IMG/VR virus record: IMGVR_UViG_3300029982_000012
Reading direction: 5' to 3' (one strand)
Length of the DNA stretch: 64,000 nucleotides
DNA from: a virus
Part shown: piece by piece, positions 1-10,448 of the stretch
Layout of the letters: each line of letters opens with the position of its first letter
Position numbering within the stretch: the stretch's first letter is position 1
Program-made: the position numbers and the translations under genes
The notes under the pieces: generated by a model
Seen by the model: only the letters and a program-made list of their open reading frames with translations
Told to the model about the DNA's origin: nothing
Database searches by the model: none

Positions 1-393
1 ATTGTTAACAAAATAACCTTTCGTGTTGTCAAGTCGATCAACTCCATTGTATTTTAATAAATGCCTGTATGTTTTATTTTTGGGTTTTATGTCACAATAA
101 AAACAATTTCGTTGAATTAAAAGAAAGAATTCTTCATTACTTAAATCCCAAGATAGCCCTCTATTCCTTGCTGCAATTTTATAACTCTTAATTACTTGAT
201 TGTAAGCAGATTTTTTGTGTTTCTCACATCCACAACAATTATATCCGCGCTTACCTGTTAAGTATTGAGATCTTGCAACTCTAGTATTTCCACAATCGCA
301 CAAACATTTCCAAGAAGCATTCTTTTCTACGTCAACTCTTTCAACAACCAATAATTTCCCAAACCTAGTATCTATAAGATCTTTAAATTTCAT
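1..393 (-). CDS. HNH-type homing endonuclease (runs off window start; not in ORF track)
   Basis: Manual translation MKFKDLIDTRFGKLLVVERVD...WKCLCDCGN...CFYCD...YNGVDRLDNTKGY; the FGKL/WxCxCDCG N-terminus and GxDRxDN.KGY motif are typical of phage HNH nucleases. Confidence 0.8.
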   Translation of the reverse strand, partial: MKFKDLIDTRFGKLLVVERVDVEKNASWKCLCDCGNTRVARSQYLTGKRGYNCCGCEKHKKSAYNQVIKSYKIAARNRGLSWDLSNEEFFLLIQRNCFYCDIKPKNKTYRHLLKYNGVDRLDNTKGYFVNN

Positions 394-474
394 ACACTTA
401 CTATATCACAAGACACCCTATTATTTTTCCATCGCGGTACCAAGAGTTCTGAATTAGCGTATAAAATCAATACA

Positions 475-1221
475 CTAAAGTATGGAATTGTGTCCTTCAC
501 GGGAAATGTACCTAATATGAACTGGCAATTTTACGGACTTAAGCATCCCGTCGATCTCTACAAAACGATTAACATACGCAATCATAACTTCTTTAATGTC
601 CGCTAAAAGTTCATTCTGGAAGATAGCCTCGTATTGAGGCGTAGTTGAGAAGACGGGGCAAACTCTCAGGTTTACTAGGCTTGTGTCTTTAGGCAGAAGG
701 CGCAGGATGTCTTCCACCTGCTCGGCGGTGGCAGCCTCCATATCGAATCCCTTAACTACGGTCTGAGCCATCGAAATCCCGAAGTTACAGTAGAACTGGC
801 CTCTAGGCAGGTCGAGATTCAAGCAGGCGGTGTCGCCAATCATGCCTTCCGGGAAGGAATAGCCAGCAGCTAATACTTCGGCATCGGCGAGGCGTGAAGC
901 CGGGACGAGGACAAATGCGTGAGCCACAATTGCCGAGTGACGACCCGGACCATGGTAAAGATCGATGGTATTAAGCGGTGCAATAGTCGAATGGACCAAG
1001 CCGTAGGAAACCAGTGTATTGATCAGTTCGGCCAGTTCAGAGACTGCTAATTCCTTATCAGTGGTCTTAGAAATCTTGGTAAGGTAGATAGCCTGGTAGA
1101 CCTTGTCGTCCTCTACTAGCGTGGAGGTAGTGGCACGCTTACCCATGAGAGTTTGGGCTTCGGGGCTAAGATAACTTAGGTATTGACAGTCAGTGGTGGT
1201 GGCCGGGTTATCAGGATTCAT
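475..1221 (-). CDS. hypothetical protein
   Basis: 248-aa ORF, GC-richer than neighbours, no recognisable motif. Confidence 0.6.
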   Translation of the reverse strand: MNPDNPATTTDCQYLSYLSPEAQTLMGKRATTSTLVEDDKVYQAIYLTKISKTTDKELAVSELAELINTLVSYGLVHSTIAPLNTIDLYHGPGRHSAIVAHAFVLVPASRLADAEVLAAGYSFPEGMIGDTACLNLDLPRGQFYCNFGISMAQTVVKGFDMEAATAEQVEDILRLLPKDTSLVNLRVCPVFSTTPQYEAIFQNELLADIKEVMIAYVNRFVEIDGMLKSVKLPVHIRYISREGHNSIL

Positions 1222-1423
1222 TCGATACCTGCCTGCCCTTCCTAACGAGCCCGTCTAGAGCTTGTTGATCCTGGACCATGTGCATAGCACATTGAACCAA
1301 GAAAAACTCCAACGCTTCCTGACCATCTTTTATACCGGTTATAGCTGATAGTAAAGAGAATTGATTTTCAGGGTCTTTTAGGGTCACCGTAATGTCCCAC
1401 GACGATTTAGGTTTAATAGTCAT
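1211..1423 (-). CDS. hypothetical protein
   Basis: 70 aa, AAGGAA SD-like upstream, overlaps start of the next gene. Confidence 0.55.
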   Translation of the reverse strand: MTIKPKSSWDITVTLKDPENQFSLLSAITGIKDGQEALEFFLVQCAMHMVQDQQALDGLVRKGRQVSNES

Positions 1424-1594
1424 AAATTTGTTCCTTCTAGCGATTATGTATCACGGGTCTACTAACAGGGTTCCGTTTTAAAAACGGAAGTAGTGTAATA
1501 GAGATAAGTCATTGTAATTTTTAGGAAAAATTTTTAGAAATTATTTTGGTGTTTTTGGTCATAACACTATTTCTACTACCATGGGGGCTTGTGG

Positions 1595-1609
1595 GCAAGG
1601 ACTATGCCA
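1595..1609 (-). promoter_or_regulatory. sigma54-like -24/-12 promoter (leftward)
   Basis: Minus strand TGGCATAGTCCTTGC = GG-N10-GC, close to the TGGCAC-N5-TTGC consensus. Confidence 0.5.
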
Positions 1610-2460
1610 AACACCGGTTTGTGGTATGTATGTGTAAACATTTACATTTTAGTCGTAATGCATACAATGTGCCATTACTACCCACTAACTGCCGTGACCA
1701 TGCCCTCATAACTCGGTCATGCCTATATGCTACCATAAGCCATGCTAGCAAGTCAAGGGCTCTCTCTCAATTCGATTTAAGACACTTTATAGTAAAGTTT
1801 GATTAGATGCCTATCCTCATAAGGTCATGCCTGTACGGGGCTATTAAACGAATTAAACGAAACGAACTATATAGGCTTGCATATTCCATCAAGGTTATAT
1901 TATACTTATAGCATGCGCTACCCTATAACGGCCTATAGCCTTGAGCTCTCACCTTGTATCATTAACATAGTTTTTGTTACATATTAACCCTATACTATCA
2001 AGGCCTCATATCGTGTAACTAATACAAATGTTTTTGTTACAATGATTCAATCAAAATAATTGAAAATGGACGTGGAAATGCCCTGCAATGAAAACCGTAG
2101 AATCCCTTGCAAGGCATTAGTATTCGTAGAGCTCAAAAAAAGCTCTCAATTACAGATTATTCCGTCATGTTCGAATATGCTAGACGCAATAGTCCAGTAT
2201 TAAGATTAACTAATAATCACTATTAATGCCTAATGGCGGCTATTGGTGAGTACCTGAAAGGGTATAAAATCATTGAATTCACTTAAACTATACCCTTTCA
2301 CATACTATTTTGCATAGTGTCGCAAAATGCGATTAATCTATGCAAAATGCGACACTGTAAGTAATTGTATTAATTAGGCTTATAGCAATATAGCTTAATA
2401 AAGTGTCGCATAACGCGATTAGGTCAATATGCCTATCTCATAATTACAATGACTTACCCA

Positions 2461-2476
2461 TGGCATACCCTATGCA
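2461..2476 (+). promoter_or_regulatory. sigma54-like -24/-12 promoter
   Basis: TGGCATACCCTATGCA (GG-N10-GC); ATG at 2489; palindromic TGTCGCA/TGCGACA sites upstream. Confidence 0.6.
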
Positions 2477-2488
2477 ATACCTATAAGT

Positions 2489-2662
2489 ATGAAGACTTTA
2501 AAACTAGGCGATACAGTAACCATCTATAACAAACTAACCAGTAGAGATGAAAATGCTACAGTAATTGACTATAATAAACATACTGTTAGCGTTATAACTC
2601 AAAATGATGAAATGATCGACGTATCAATGAAAGACGTTGTAATTTTGGATGAGGTAGCCTAA
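2489..2662 (+). CDS. small hypothetical protein (not in ORF track)
   Basis: MKTLKLGDTVTIYNKLTSRDENATVIDY...DEVA*; stop overlaps the next ATG (TAATG). Confidence 0.6.
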   Translation: MKTLKLGDTVTIYNKLTSRDENATVIDYNKHTVSVITQNDEMIDVSMKDVVILDEVA

Positions 2663-2838
2663 TGAAATGCTTTAAAATTGACTATAGTATTCAGAATGAA
2701 TCAAAAACGGCATGGGTCAAGTCTTACGGTAACATTGATGCTATTAAACAAGTAACAAAAACCCTATCCCCTACCCTCAAGCTAACATTTAAACTAGTAT
2801 CTATTTCAATCGTTTCAATTAATACGGCCAGGAGTTAA
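2662..2838 (+). CDS. small hypothetical protein (not in ORF track)
   Basis: MKCFKIDYSIQNESKTAWVK...ARS*, GAGG SD upstream. Confidence 0.5.
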   Translation: MKCFKIDYSIQNESKTAWVKSYGNIDAIKQVTKTLSPTLKLTFKLVSISIVSINTARS

Positions 2839-2842
2839 CCCT

Positions 2843-3124
2843 ATGACTAAACTAATAATCGTTATCTGTACCCCTGACCAATATAAATCAAAGCAGGGTA
2901 TTCATTTAAATAGCCCTGACACATGGTATTTAAAAGATGCCGTTAATTCAGCTCATGCCAAGGGATTTAATGAAATCTATTGTCATTATGAGCCTGAAGG
3001 TCTTTATTATAAATTGAGTCAAGATATCTTGCATCGTTTAATTGTATTAGGCAAGTCTCATACGGTATCTATTGCGCATCCTGCATCTATTGAAAACCAT
3101 GAGCATTCTTTAGCTAACTATTGA
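2843..3124 (+). CDS. hypothetical early protein
   Basis: AGGAG SD, tight packing. Confidence 0.6.
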   Translation: MTKLIIVICTPDQYKSKQGIHLNSPDTWYLKDAVNSAHAKGFNEIYCHYEPEGLYYKLSQDILHRLIVLGKSHTVSIAHPASIENHEHSLANY

Positions 3125-3132
3125 GGTATATT

Positions 3133-3465
3133 ATGGCTAAATTTACACTGTACACTTATGACTTATGGGCCGATCAATCCAATTGCAATGACTGCCATAG
3201 TCCTAGAATTGACGATATAGGGTGCCTAGAATGCAAGTCTAGGGATATCCATACAAGTTATTCAGTAAATGACGTATTTAGAGTTCAAACGATTGAGGCC
3301 GATACATTAGAGGCCGCAATGATTGAAATGGGATTGCATTTAGATAAAATTGAAGAAGACTTAAATATAGATAATTCAATGAATATTGTTTACTTTCGAT
3401 ATACTGATAAGGCTGGAAAATTTGCCTATAGTCCCGCATGCGAGATTAGAATAGAGTGTAATTAA
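3133..3465 (+). CDS. hypothetical protein with CxxC/CxxC Zn ribbon
   Basis: CNDC...CLEC; GAGGT SD before ATG 3133. Confidence 0.55.
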   Translation: MAKFTLYTYDLWADQSNCNDCHSPRIDDIGCLECKSRDIHTSYSVNDVFRVQTIEADTLEAAMIEMGLHLDKIEEDLNIDNSMNIVYFRYTDKAGKFAYSPACEIRIECN

Positions 3466-3626
3466 TTTAGTTTAGACTGTCTAGTCTTTATATGTGTCAT
3501 ACTTTTAAGGCCTAATTGATATATCTGAATATATTCAACTAGATACGCTATTATATCGTGATAACTGTATTTAGTTTTGACACACTATTTCAATTGATAA
3601 AACGCTAACCTATTGTTATTACATGT

Positions 3627-3642
3627 TGGCATACCTGATGCA
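3627..3642 (+). promoter_or_regulatory. sigma54-like -24/-12 promoter
   Basis: TGGCATACCTGATGCA; same 28-nt offset to ATG (3655) and same CTATAAG element as the 2461 copy. Confidence 0.6.
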
Positions 3643-3654
3643 TTTACTATAAGC

Positions 3655-3894
3655 ATGACACTCACTAACCATGCTATAAAACGTATCATTGAACGAAACA
3701 AGGCCGCTAGTTTTATGACGCCCAAACAATTGACTTCATTAGCTAATAGCGCTGAAATCATTAATGACGGCCATATTAAATACCTTATAATGAAATCAAT
3801 TGATATTGTACTAGTCCTCAATACCTCTAATGATCAAGTTTTAACTACATATCGATTCAGTAATTCTAAATTTAATGAAAGGCCTACCCAATGA
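3655..3894 (+). CDS. hypothetical protein (LTNHAIKRIIER motif, DUF4258/RelE-like fold possible)
   Basis: MTLTNHAIKRIIER...VLTTY pattern. Confidence 0.45.
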   Translation: MTLTNHAIKRIIERNKAASFMTPKQLTSLANSAEIINDGHIKYLIMKSIDIVLVLNTSNDQVLTTYRFSNSKFNERPTQ

Positions 3895-4162
3895 AAACAA
3901 CATATTTAATTGAAAATAATTTAAATGAAGTCTTAGGCTATTCCAGTCAATTACATGAGGCAAAACGCATACTTGAGCATAAAACCGATAGCGGTAAAAT
4001 AACTAAACTTGTAGGGCACTATTTTGGTGAGGGCTACCATGCTTATTATTTAATATACGACGGTAAAAAATACACTAGGGCGAAAAAATAATGCTTGACT
4101 CTCTATTTCACTAATGAGATACTTTAATTAACGAAACGGTTATACCCCTTGAAAGGAATAAT

Positions 4163-4768
4163 ATGAAAAAAGTCAAAACAGTAAAAACATTTAAATCCGC
4201 TAAATTAGTCCAGTATAAAGGAGGTGGACATGACGGCTGTTTTTGGGAATGGAATTTTGCCCTGTTAGTTGACGGTGTATTCCATGACGTGCTTGGTTCG
4301 GGCCGCAATGCTATTAAGAATAAGGCCGAATTGCTAGACTATATTAAAAAAGGTGTATCGGTTTATACTTACAATTTAAATAAAAAAGCTGATATTCTTG
4401 AATTCACTAAAGAGACCAATGAAACTACTCAAGGCAATGTAATTGCTGAAGTAAATAGAATTCTTAATTGTGATATCATGTTTTTTGACTGTACTTACTG
4501 CAAAAACCATATTTTTGCTCGAAACGATAGGCCTCATGATGCGGACTATCCTCAATTTTTCCATGATGACCAAGCGTATCATGGTAATGGCGGTATTGGC
4601 ATTGTTTTTACTACTATTTTATGTGAGGATTGCTATTGTAATACATGCGAAAATTGCAATTCAATTTTTTCGCCTGATGACGAAACATTTACAATTGAGA
4701 ACAAAAATGGATATGAATCAAGAGTATGCCAGTATTGTAAAGAACAAAGTGAAAAACAAGCAAGTTAA
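4163..4768 (+). CDS. Cys-rich Zn-finger hypothetical protein
   Basis: CTYC, CEDC, CENC, CQYC; sigma70-like TTGACT-17-GATACT upstream. Confidence 0.6.
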   Translation: MKKVKTVKTFKSAKLVQYKGGGHDGCFWEWNFALLVDGVFHDVLGSGRNAIKNKAELLDYIKKGVSVYTYNLNKKADILEFTKETNETTQGNVIAEVNRILNCDIMFFDCTYCKNHIFARNDRPHDADYPQFFHDDQAYHGNGGIGIVFTTILCEDCYCNTCENCNSIFSPDDETFTIENKNGYESRVCQYCKEQSEKQAS

Positions 4769-4799
4769 TAAATAGGGCAATAGTTCGAAAGGGAATAAT

Positions 4800-5270
4800 A
4801 TGAATAACAAGCATTTAATAGAACAATTCGAGGGTTTATCAACTGAAATCATGTATCAGTATAAGAGTAAGGATAGTTCATGGCCTTGTTTTAAATGGCT
4901 ATTAGTTATTAATGGCGTTTCATTTGAGTATAGTACCGGATTAGGCCATGCGGTGCCGCTATTGTCTAAGGACAATAAGAGACGTACTCAACCATTAAGG
5001 TCATTCTTATTGAAAAAGAGTGAGGGTTATTTTAATGGTGTATGGGTATCAGTGCCTAAAGTAATTGATATTTTGGATTGTTTATTCCGTGAGTCGACGT
5101 GCTCATATATGACCTTTGATGATTTTTGCGATGCAATGGGTTACTCGAATGATTCTATCAAGGCATTAGATACCTATAGGGCAATTCAAAACAATACGGC
5201 TAAACTTAAAAAGGCATTAGGCCATAGATACGATGAAATCGAAACTAAAATAACTGAAATGGAGCTTTAA
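4800..5270 (+). CDS. conserved phage hypothetical protein
   Basis: YSTGLGH and TFDDFCDAMGYSNDSIKALDTY motifs recur in phage early proteins. Confidence 0.6.
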   Translation: MNNKHLIEQFEGLSTEIMYQYKSKDSSWPCFKWLLVINGVSFEYSTGLGHAVPLLSKDNKRRTQPLRSFLLKKSEGYFNGVWVSVPKVIDILDCLFRESTCSYMTFDDFCDAMGYSNDSIKALDTYRAIQNNTAKLKKALGHRYDEIETKITEMEL

Positions 5271-5574
5271 ATGAAAGGAATTGATATGGCTCAATTAAAA
5301 TGCGCATCAATGTTAGGTAAGGAATGCAATGACTTAGTTACCCATATTGACAATAGGGGTTATGTATACTGTAAGGCATGCGGGACTATTCGCCGCTTGT
5401 ATAGCCTATACGGTATGAAAGTCAGGCAATTAAAACCGAGTGAATTAAAATCATTGGAAAATGGCGAGCTACTAACAGAATATTGAAAGGAAAATAATAA
5501 AAATTAATACTTGACGGACTATATCAATTGTGAGATACTTTTTATAACAAAGGGCAATAGCCCGAAAGGATACT

Positions 5575-6399
5575 ATGTTTAATCAAAATGATTCAATCGA
5601 AAATACTATCGTCAATCCGGTCGAACAAACTAGGGCACTAACTGACCGTGACTCATATGGCTTTGTTAACACTACTGAAGTATTAAACGCTTTTAGTAGC
5701 GCTGGGTGGCTTCCTATAGATACTAAAGTAGGCCGAGTTAATAAGCCTGAAAAACAAGGATTTCAAAAACACCTAATTCGTTTAGAGAATCCACTATTTA
5801 GATCTATTGAGGGATTAAGTCAGGCTAACCATTCCGTGCCTCAATTAGTTCTATTGAATAGTCACGATTGCTCTACCTCTATGCAATTGTTTTTCGGTCT
5901 AGTCCGCATTGCATGCCTCAATGGTATCATTGCAGGTACAGCGCTAAACTCAATGAGATTAGTTCATAGTAAATCAATTACGTCGAAACTACCTCAAGCT
6001 ATTGAGTATATGGTCAATAATTTTGGTAACTTTACTAATCAAGTAGTGGCGCTTCAAAATAAGACTATGAGTCAAGCGGCGCAACATGAATTCGTAAGAC
6101 GTGTTTACTCCGCTCGCCTTGAAAGTGTTAGTAATATTCAGCGCATTGATTTTAGCCTACCTCATGCATTGCGTCACGCCGATACTGGTACTGATGCGTA
6201 TAGCATCTTCAATCGAGTACAGGAAAAACTTATTCGTGGCGGTATCCAATACGTTTATACTCGCCATACTAAAAATGATCAAGGTGAGGTCATTGACTCA
6301 AGGCTTGTTAGTAGTACCACTAGAAAAATTGCAAGTGTTACGGCTCAAGTTAAATTGAATCAACTTGTTTATGATACCGCAATGGAATTAGCCGCTTAA
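5575..6399 (+). CDS. DUF932/DUF945-family protein
   Basis: KHLIRL...PQLVLLNSHD...FGLVRIACLNG...FNRVQE motifs. Confidence 0.85.
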   Translation: MFNQNDSIENTIVNPVEQTRALTDRDSYGFVNTTEVLNAFSSAGWLPIDTKVGRVNKPEKQGFQKHLIRLENPLFRSIEGLSQANHSVPQLVLLNSHDCSTSMQLFFGLVRIACLNGIIAGTALNSMRLVHSKSITSKLPQAIEYMVNNFGNFTNQVVALQNKTMSQAAQHEFVRRVYSARLESVSNIQRIDFSLPHALRHADTGTDAYSIFNRVQEKLIRGGIQYVYTRHTKNDQGEVIDSRLVSSTTRKIASVTAQVKLNQLVYDTAMELAA

Positions 6400-6803
6400 T
6401 TCGTTTTTTCATCAATGGTATCGGTCTATTAGATCGGTATCATTGAATGGTTAAATGAAAGGTATTTATATGACTAAAAAACAAAAAATTGATAGCATAG
6501 TTGACCTATGGATTGATAACATTGATTTACATGATTTAATTGCATTTTACAGAGACGAAACGGCAAAACAATTAAATTTATTAAGTAATAAGGAAATCAA
6601 TGGAATATATAGACAAAATGTATTAAATGAGGAGAATTGATTATGAATAAACTTAAATCATTGACTTTAAATCAAGCGGTATTATTGCGCGATGCACTAG
6701 AACTAATTGAGCCTGACTCAAGGAAATCTCAAGTAGACAAATATTATTTACTAGCTCAACTTGAAACTATTATTGAGCGCTCAAGTATCGATGAGGTAGC
6801 GTC

Positions 6804-7154
6804 ATGAGTCTATTTAGTAGGTCTAGGGGTATGAGTACGCCATGGGGTGCCTGCCAAAATAAAACAGTGTTAGGGCGTGGTGTTTTTATAGTCGATACGG
6901 CAGGTCATGGCGGCATGGCAATTAGTAAAGGTCTAGCATTGCGCCTATTAAGCAAAACAGCCATTGAGCAAGCGGCTATTGACTATGGCGCTTATTATTG
7001 GTTCGAGGAGGATTGCGCTATATCAATTCCTTTAGTTGATAGTAACTATATACTTGATCTATTTTGCACTAAACTACAGAGAGATAAATCAAAAACATAT
7101 GAAATTGCAAGTGAAAGTAACAAGCATTATTTTCCTAATTATAACTTATTTTAA
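6804..7154 (+). CDS. DUF7007-like conserved hypothetical protein
   Basis: STPWG...VDTAGHGG...WFEEDC motifs. Confidence 0.65.
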   Translation: MSLFSRSRGMSTPWGACQNKTVLGRGVFIVDTAGHGGMAISKGLALRLLSKTAIEQAAIDYGAYYWFEEDCAISIPLVDSNYILDLFCTKLQRDKSKTYEIASESNKHYFPNYNLF

Positions 7155-7169
7155 TTGAAAGGGAATAAT

Positions 7170-7853
7170 ATGACCAAACTACTAGTACAGAATTCAAAAA
7201 TCAAAAAATCAGGTAACAATGAAATTGTAGTCTATAATTTTGGTATCCCTGCCCTTAAGTCTAAACAAGGGCTATCTACTTGCCCTATGGCTAGTAAATG
7301 CGCGGTAGGATGCTACGCTAGAAGCGGCGCATATCTGTTTAGTAATGCAGCGCTAGCATACGAAAATAGACTTAAGGCCGCGCTATCACCTCAATTCAGT
7401 GCATTGATTCAGGTAGAGCTCAATGCGGCCAAAAAACGCGCTAAAACGAAAAAGATTTATATTCGTATCCATGATTCAGGCGATTTTTTTAGTCCCGAAT
7501 ACTTTAAAAAATGGCTAGTAGTTATGCTAAATAATCCTGAAGTTACCTTCTATGCTTATACGAAAATGGTGTCATTCTTTAAGGGTATTAAATTGCCTAG
7601 TAACTTCATTTTGATTTATTCATTAGGCGGACGTGAGGATAACTTGATTGACCAAAATACCGATAGACACTCAAGGGTATTCGAAACAATTGAGGCATTG
7701 ACTAATTCCGGTTATGTTAATGCGTCAAGCGATGACCTTCAGGCATTAGGAGATAGTCCCTTGATCGGCCTACACTTTCACCATGCTAAAAAATGGTCTA
7801 ATACGTCATGGGGTAGCGTCGAAACGAATGAGGATATTAAACAAGCGGCTTAA
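7170..7853 (+). CDS. gp88-like (radical-SAM-like fold) protein
   Basis: TCPMASKCAVGCYA Cys cluster, RIHDSGDF and FYAYTK motifs; real start is the second Met. Confidence 0.8.
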   Translation: MTKLLVQNSKIKKSGNNEIVVYNFGIPALKSKQGLSTCPMASKCAVGCYARSGAYLFSNAALAYENRLKAALSPQFSALIQVELNAAKKRAKTKKIYIRIHDSGDFFSPEYFKKWLVVMLNNPEVTFYAYTKMVSFFKGIKLPSNFILIYSLGGREDNLIDQNTDRHSRVFETIEALTNSGYVNASSDDLQALGDSPLIGLHFHHAKKWSNTSWGSVETNEDIKQAA

Positions 7854-7943
7854 ACTAAAGTAATTGTTTAATTAATTTAATTAATACATGTGTCAATTGG
7901 GACATGTGTAGTGTCTGCCGTGTGTCAGAAAAAAGTGTGTCTT

Positions 7944-8408
7944 ATGGGATCTTCGCATTATTTTGAAATCAATGAAATTAAAGGAATGGCTAAAGTAAAT
8001 GAAATGCGCTATAAGCGTGCAATACAGGATTGTCAACGAATTGTAAGGACATACTATAAAAAATATGGCGGCCTATCAGGGTATTCAGCGCATACCGTGA
8101 TAGGGCAATACGGCGGCCTATCAGTCAATGGTAAGGGTCAGTTAGCTCATGAGGATTTTACTTTAAGAGAACATTTCAATCAAAATAAGGGATTCAACTT
8201 CTGTAAAACTGATGACAAGCCATATGACCTAGTGGTAACGGCATGTTTAGCCGTGTTAGCACATAGATTAGGGGATGCTTTTAAGGTATCAAGCGATGGT
8301 AACGCAAAACACTGGACTAAGGGCGTAGCATATGCACGTAAGGTAACGGGCCTAGCTATTAAAAATCCTATAGGGGTACCCCATGGTAAAAAATTGACTA
8401 CAATCTAG
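7944..8408 (+). CDS. conserved phage hypothetical protein
   Basis: MGSSHYF...FNFCKTDDKPYDLVVTACL...VSSDG pattern. Confidence 0.6.
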   Translation: MGSSHYFEINEIKGMAKVNEMRYKRAIQDCQRIVRTYYKKYGGLSGYSAHTVIGQYGGLSVNGKGQLAHEDFTLREHFNQNKGFNFCKTDDKPYDLVVTACLAVLAHRLGDAFKVSSDGNAKHWTKGVAYARKVTGLAIKNPIGVPHGKKLTTI

Positions 8409-8681
8409 TGATTTTATAAAAGTGAATTTTGAGTGAAAGGTATTGATATGACTGTTAGAAAAGTATGGAGTCTTTTAGATGAAGGTAAGGCAGTGTATTG
8501 GACTAATACCCTATATAAAGTCTACATTGAGGACGTCAATACAGGGCATCAAAATCAGAGAGAGCATTTTACTAGGCGCGGTAATAAACTTCTATCGGTT
8601 AGGTGTACCGATAACGGTTTTGGGTCTATTATGACTCCGAGTGACTTACCTAAACTATTTTTAAATGAGGAGAATTAAACA

Positions 8682-8894
8682 ATGAAAACAATTAACTTAA
8701 ATTCAATGACATCCGGTGAGCGTTTAAATTATTATCGTATAAAGAAAGAATTAACCCAAACAAAACTTGCAGTTCTATCGGGCATTGGACAGCCTAACAT
8801 TGCATCTTATGAAACTGGGAATAGAGTTCTAGGCTTGAATGCGGCCAAAAAACTAGCTCATGCATTGCAAGTTGATTACAGGGAATTGATTTAA
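8682..8894 (+). CDS. XRE-family helix-turn-helix regulator
   Basis: RIKKELTQTKLAVLSGIGQPNIASYETG...KLAHAL. Confidence 0.9.
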   Translation: MKTINLNSMTSGERLNYYRIKKELTQTKLAVLSGIGQPNIASYETGNRVLGLNAAKKLAHALQVDYRELI

Positions 8895-9773
8895 TGAAAG
8901 GGATGAATATGAAAGAAACTCAAAGCGATATCAAGATGAATGATATTCAAAAAATGATGAGATTTGCAATGGAATTACAGGCACTAGCGCATAAGCATGG
9001 CTACGAGATTTTTAGAGATGCGGCAGCGCAAGCTTGTTTCATGGCGTCGGATGACACCGAGGATTTTGAGGATAAGTCATTGACGCAAAAATACAGATAC
9101 TTAGCTAACTGTTTAACTGATGCCGAGACCAATGAGCCTATTTTTAGCAGTTCATACATTGAGGATTGAAGGATACCCCCAGTGCAATTTTTGAGCCAAA
9201 ATAAAGTGTTTTTCCAAAAGTGAATTTTTTGAGGAGTAAATGATATGAATCCAGTTGAATGTTTTTTGGTAGCTCTGTATGCTCTTGTTGCTGTAGGTGT
9301 ATTTTTTATGAGCATAGATAGTCGATTGAACGGTAGACAAGTTGCGGCCAATGCTTTGTTTTGGCCTATCTTTGGAGTAATTCATTTGGCAATTGGAATA
9401 ATTGAAAACTTCAAGGATCTTAATAGATAATGAAAGGAATGAATATGGATAGCCAAGATATTGAGAACTTTAAGAACATTGTATATGTTCAAAGCATGGT
9501 AGCCTGTGCGTCTATTGAGTTAGCAGCAATGCAAACCGAAAACAAACGAATGGAATTATTAGGTTTCGCGCCTACTTATACAGAGAAAAACTTTCAAGAT
9601 CTTATCCTACAATACGGTATCCATCACAATGCTGTAGTTGAGAGAATGATTAATAGATAGGGGGAGTATCGAAAATAGATATACGGGTAAGTATTTACCA
9701 AAAGTGTTTTTTGGCAGAGTATAATCCTTGACTTTATCTGTAGTATATTTTAAAATTGAGATAGGAGATAGTT

Positions 9774-10391
9774 ATGAGTAAATTTAATTTAGGCGATCAA
9801 CTTATGTTTATGGATGCTAACGGTAAATATATTAGAGTTACCGTACAGAGTATTATGAACCGAGTTAATTACAGCGCTGTCATACCTACTAGCTACTTCT
9901 ATGCGGTCACCGATACTAGCACGGGCCTGACATTGAGAAGCATTGAGGAATATGAACTAATGACTGTTAACGAATACCTCAATAAAATAAATGGGACTTG
10001 TAGTCCTGGTATAAATGGATTAGGAATCACGCCTACTATGCCTAAATTTAACATAGGTGATGATGCAGTGTATATAGATACGTGGTCGGGAATTGCGTAT
10101 CAAGTAACAGTAGCAAATATCGTACCATCAGGAGGTGTCCTTATTTATGAGTGTACCGTTACTGCTATGCCTATGACGAGCGTTCAAGTAGAAGAAAGAG
10201 ATTTGATGACTCCTGCCGAATACGTTGCAGGTGTAAGTTCAATGTATAACTATAGTCCTAGCCAGGTCAATGAATACGAACCTGCTACTAAAACTATTGA
10301 CCATAATGAATCAACGTCAAATCAAAAGCATCAATGTAAATGCGAGTTTAGAGCTCTACTTATGGATGGCTGTAAATGTGGTGGAGTTTAA
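9774..10391 (+). CDS. hypothetical protein: two KFNxGD (SH3/KOW-like) modules plus C-terminal Cys cluster
   Basis: SKFNLGDQ and PKFNIGDD internal repeat; CKC...GCKCGG. Confidence 0.55.
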   Translation: MSKFNLGDQLMFMDANGKYIRVTVQSIMNRVNYSAVIPTSYFYAVTDTSTGLTLRSIEEYELMTVNEYLNKINGTCSPGINGLGITPTMPKFNIGDDAVYIDTWSGIAYQVTVANIVPSGGVLIYECTVTAMPMTSVQVEERDLMTPAEYVAGVSSMYNYSPSQVNEYEPATKTIDHNESTSNQKHQCKCEFRALLMDGCKCGGV

Positions 10392-10448
10392 TTAAAATAT
10401 TGCTTGACTTAACTTGTATTGTATTGTAAACTAAATAAAGAGGTAACT

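Noticed and set aside
1546-1806. 86-aa plus-strand ORF in the control region
   Set aside because: TTG start, no SD, atypical composition, overlaps regulatory motifs.
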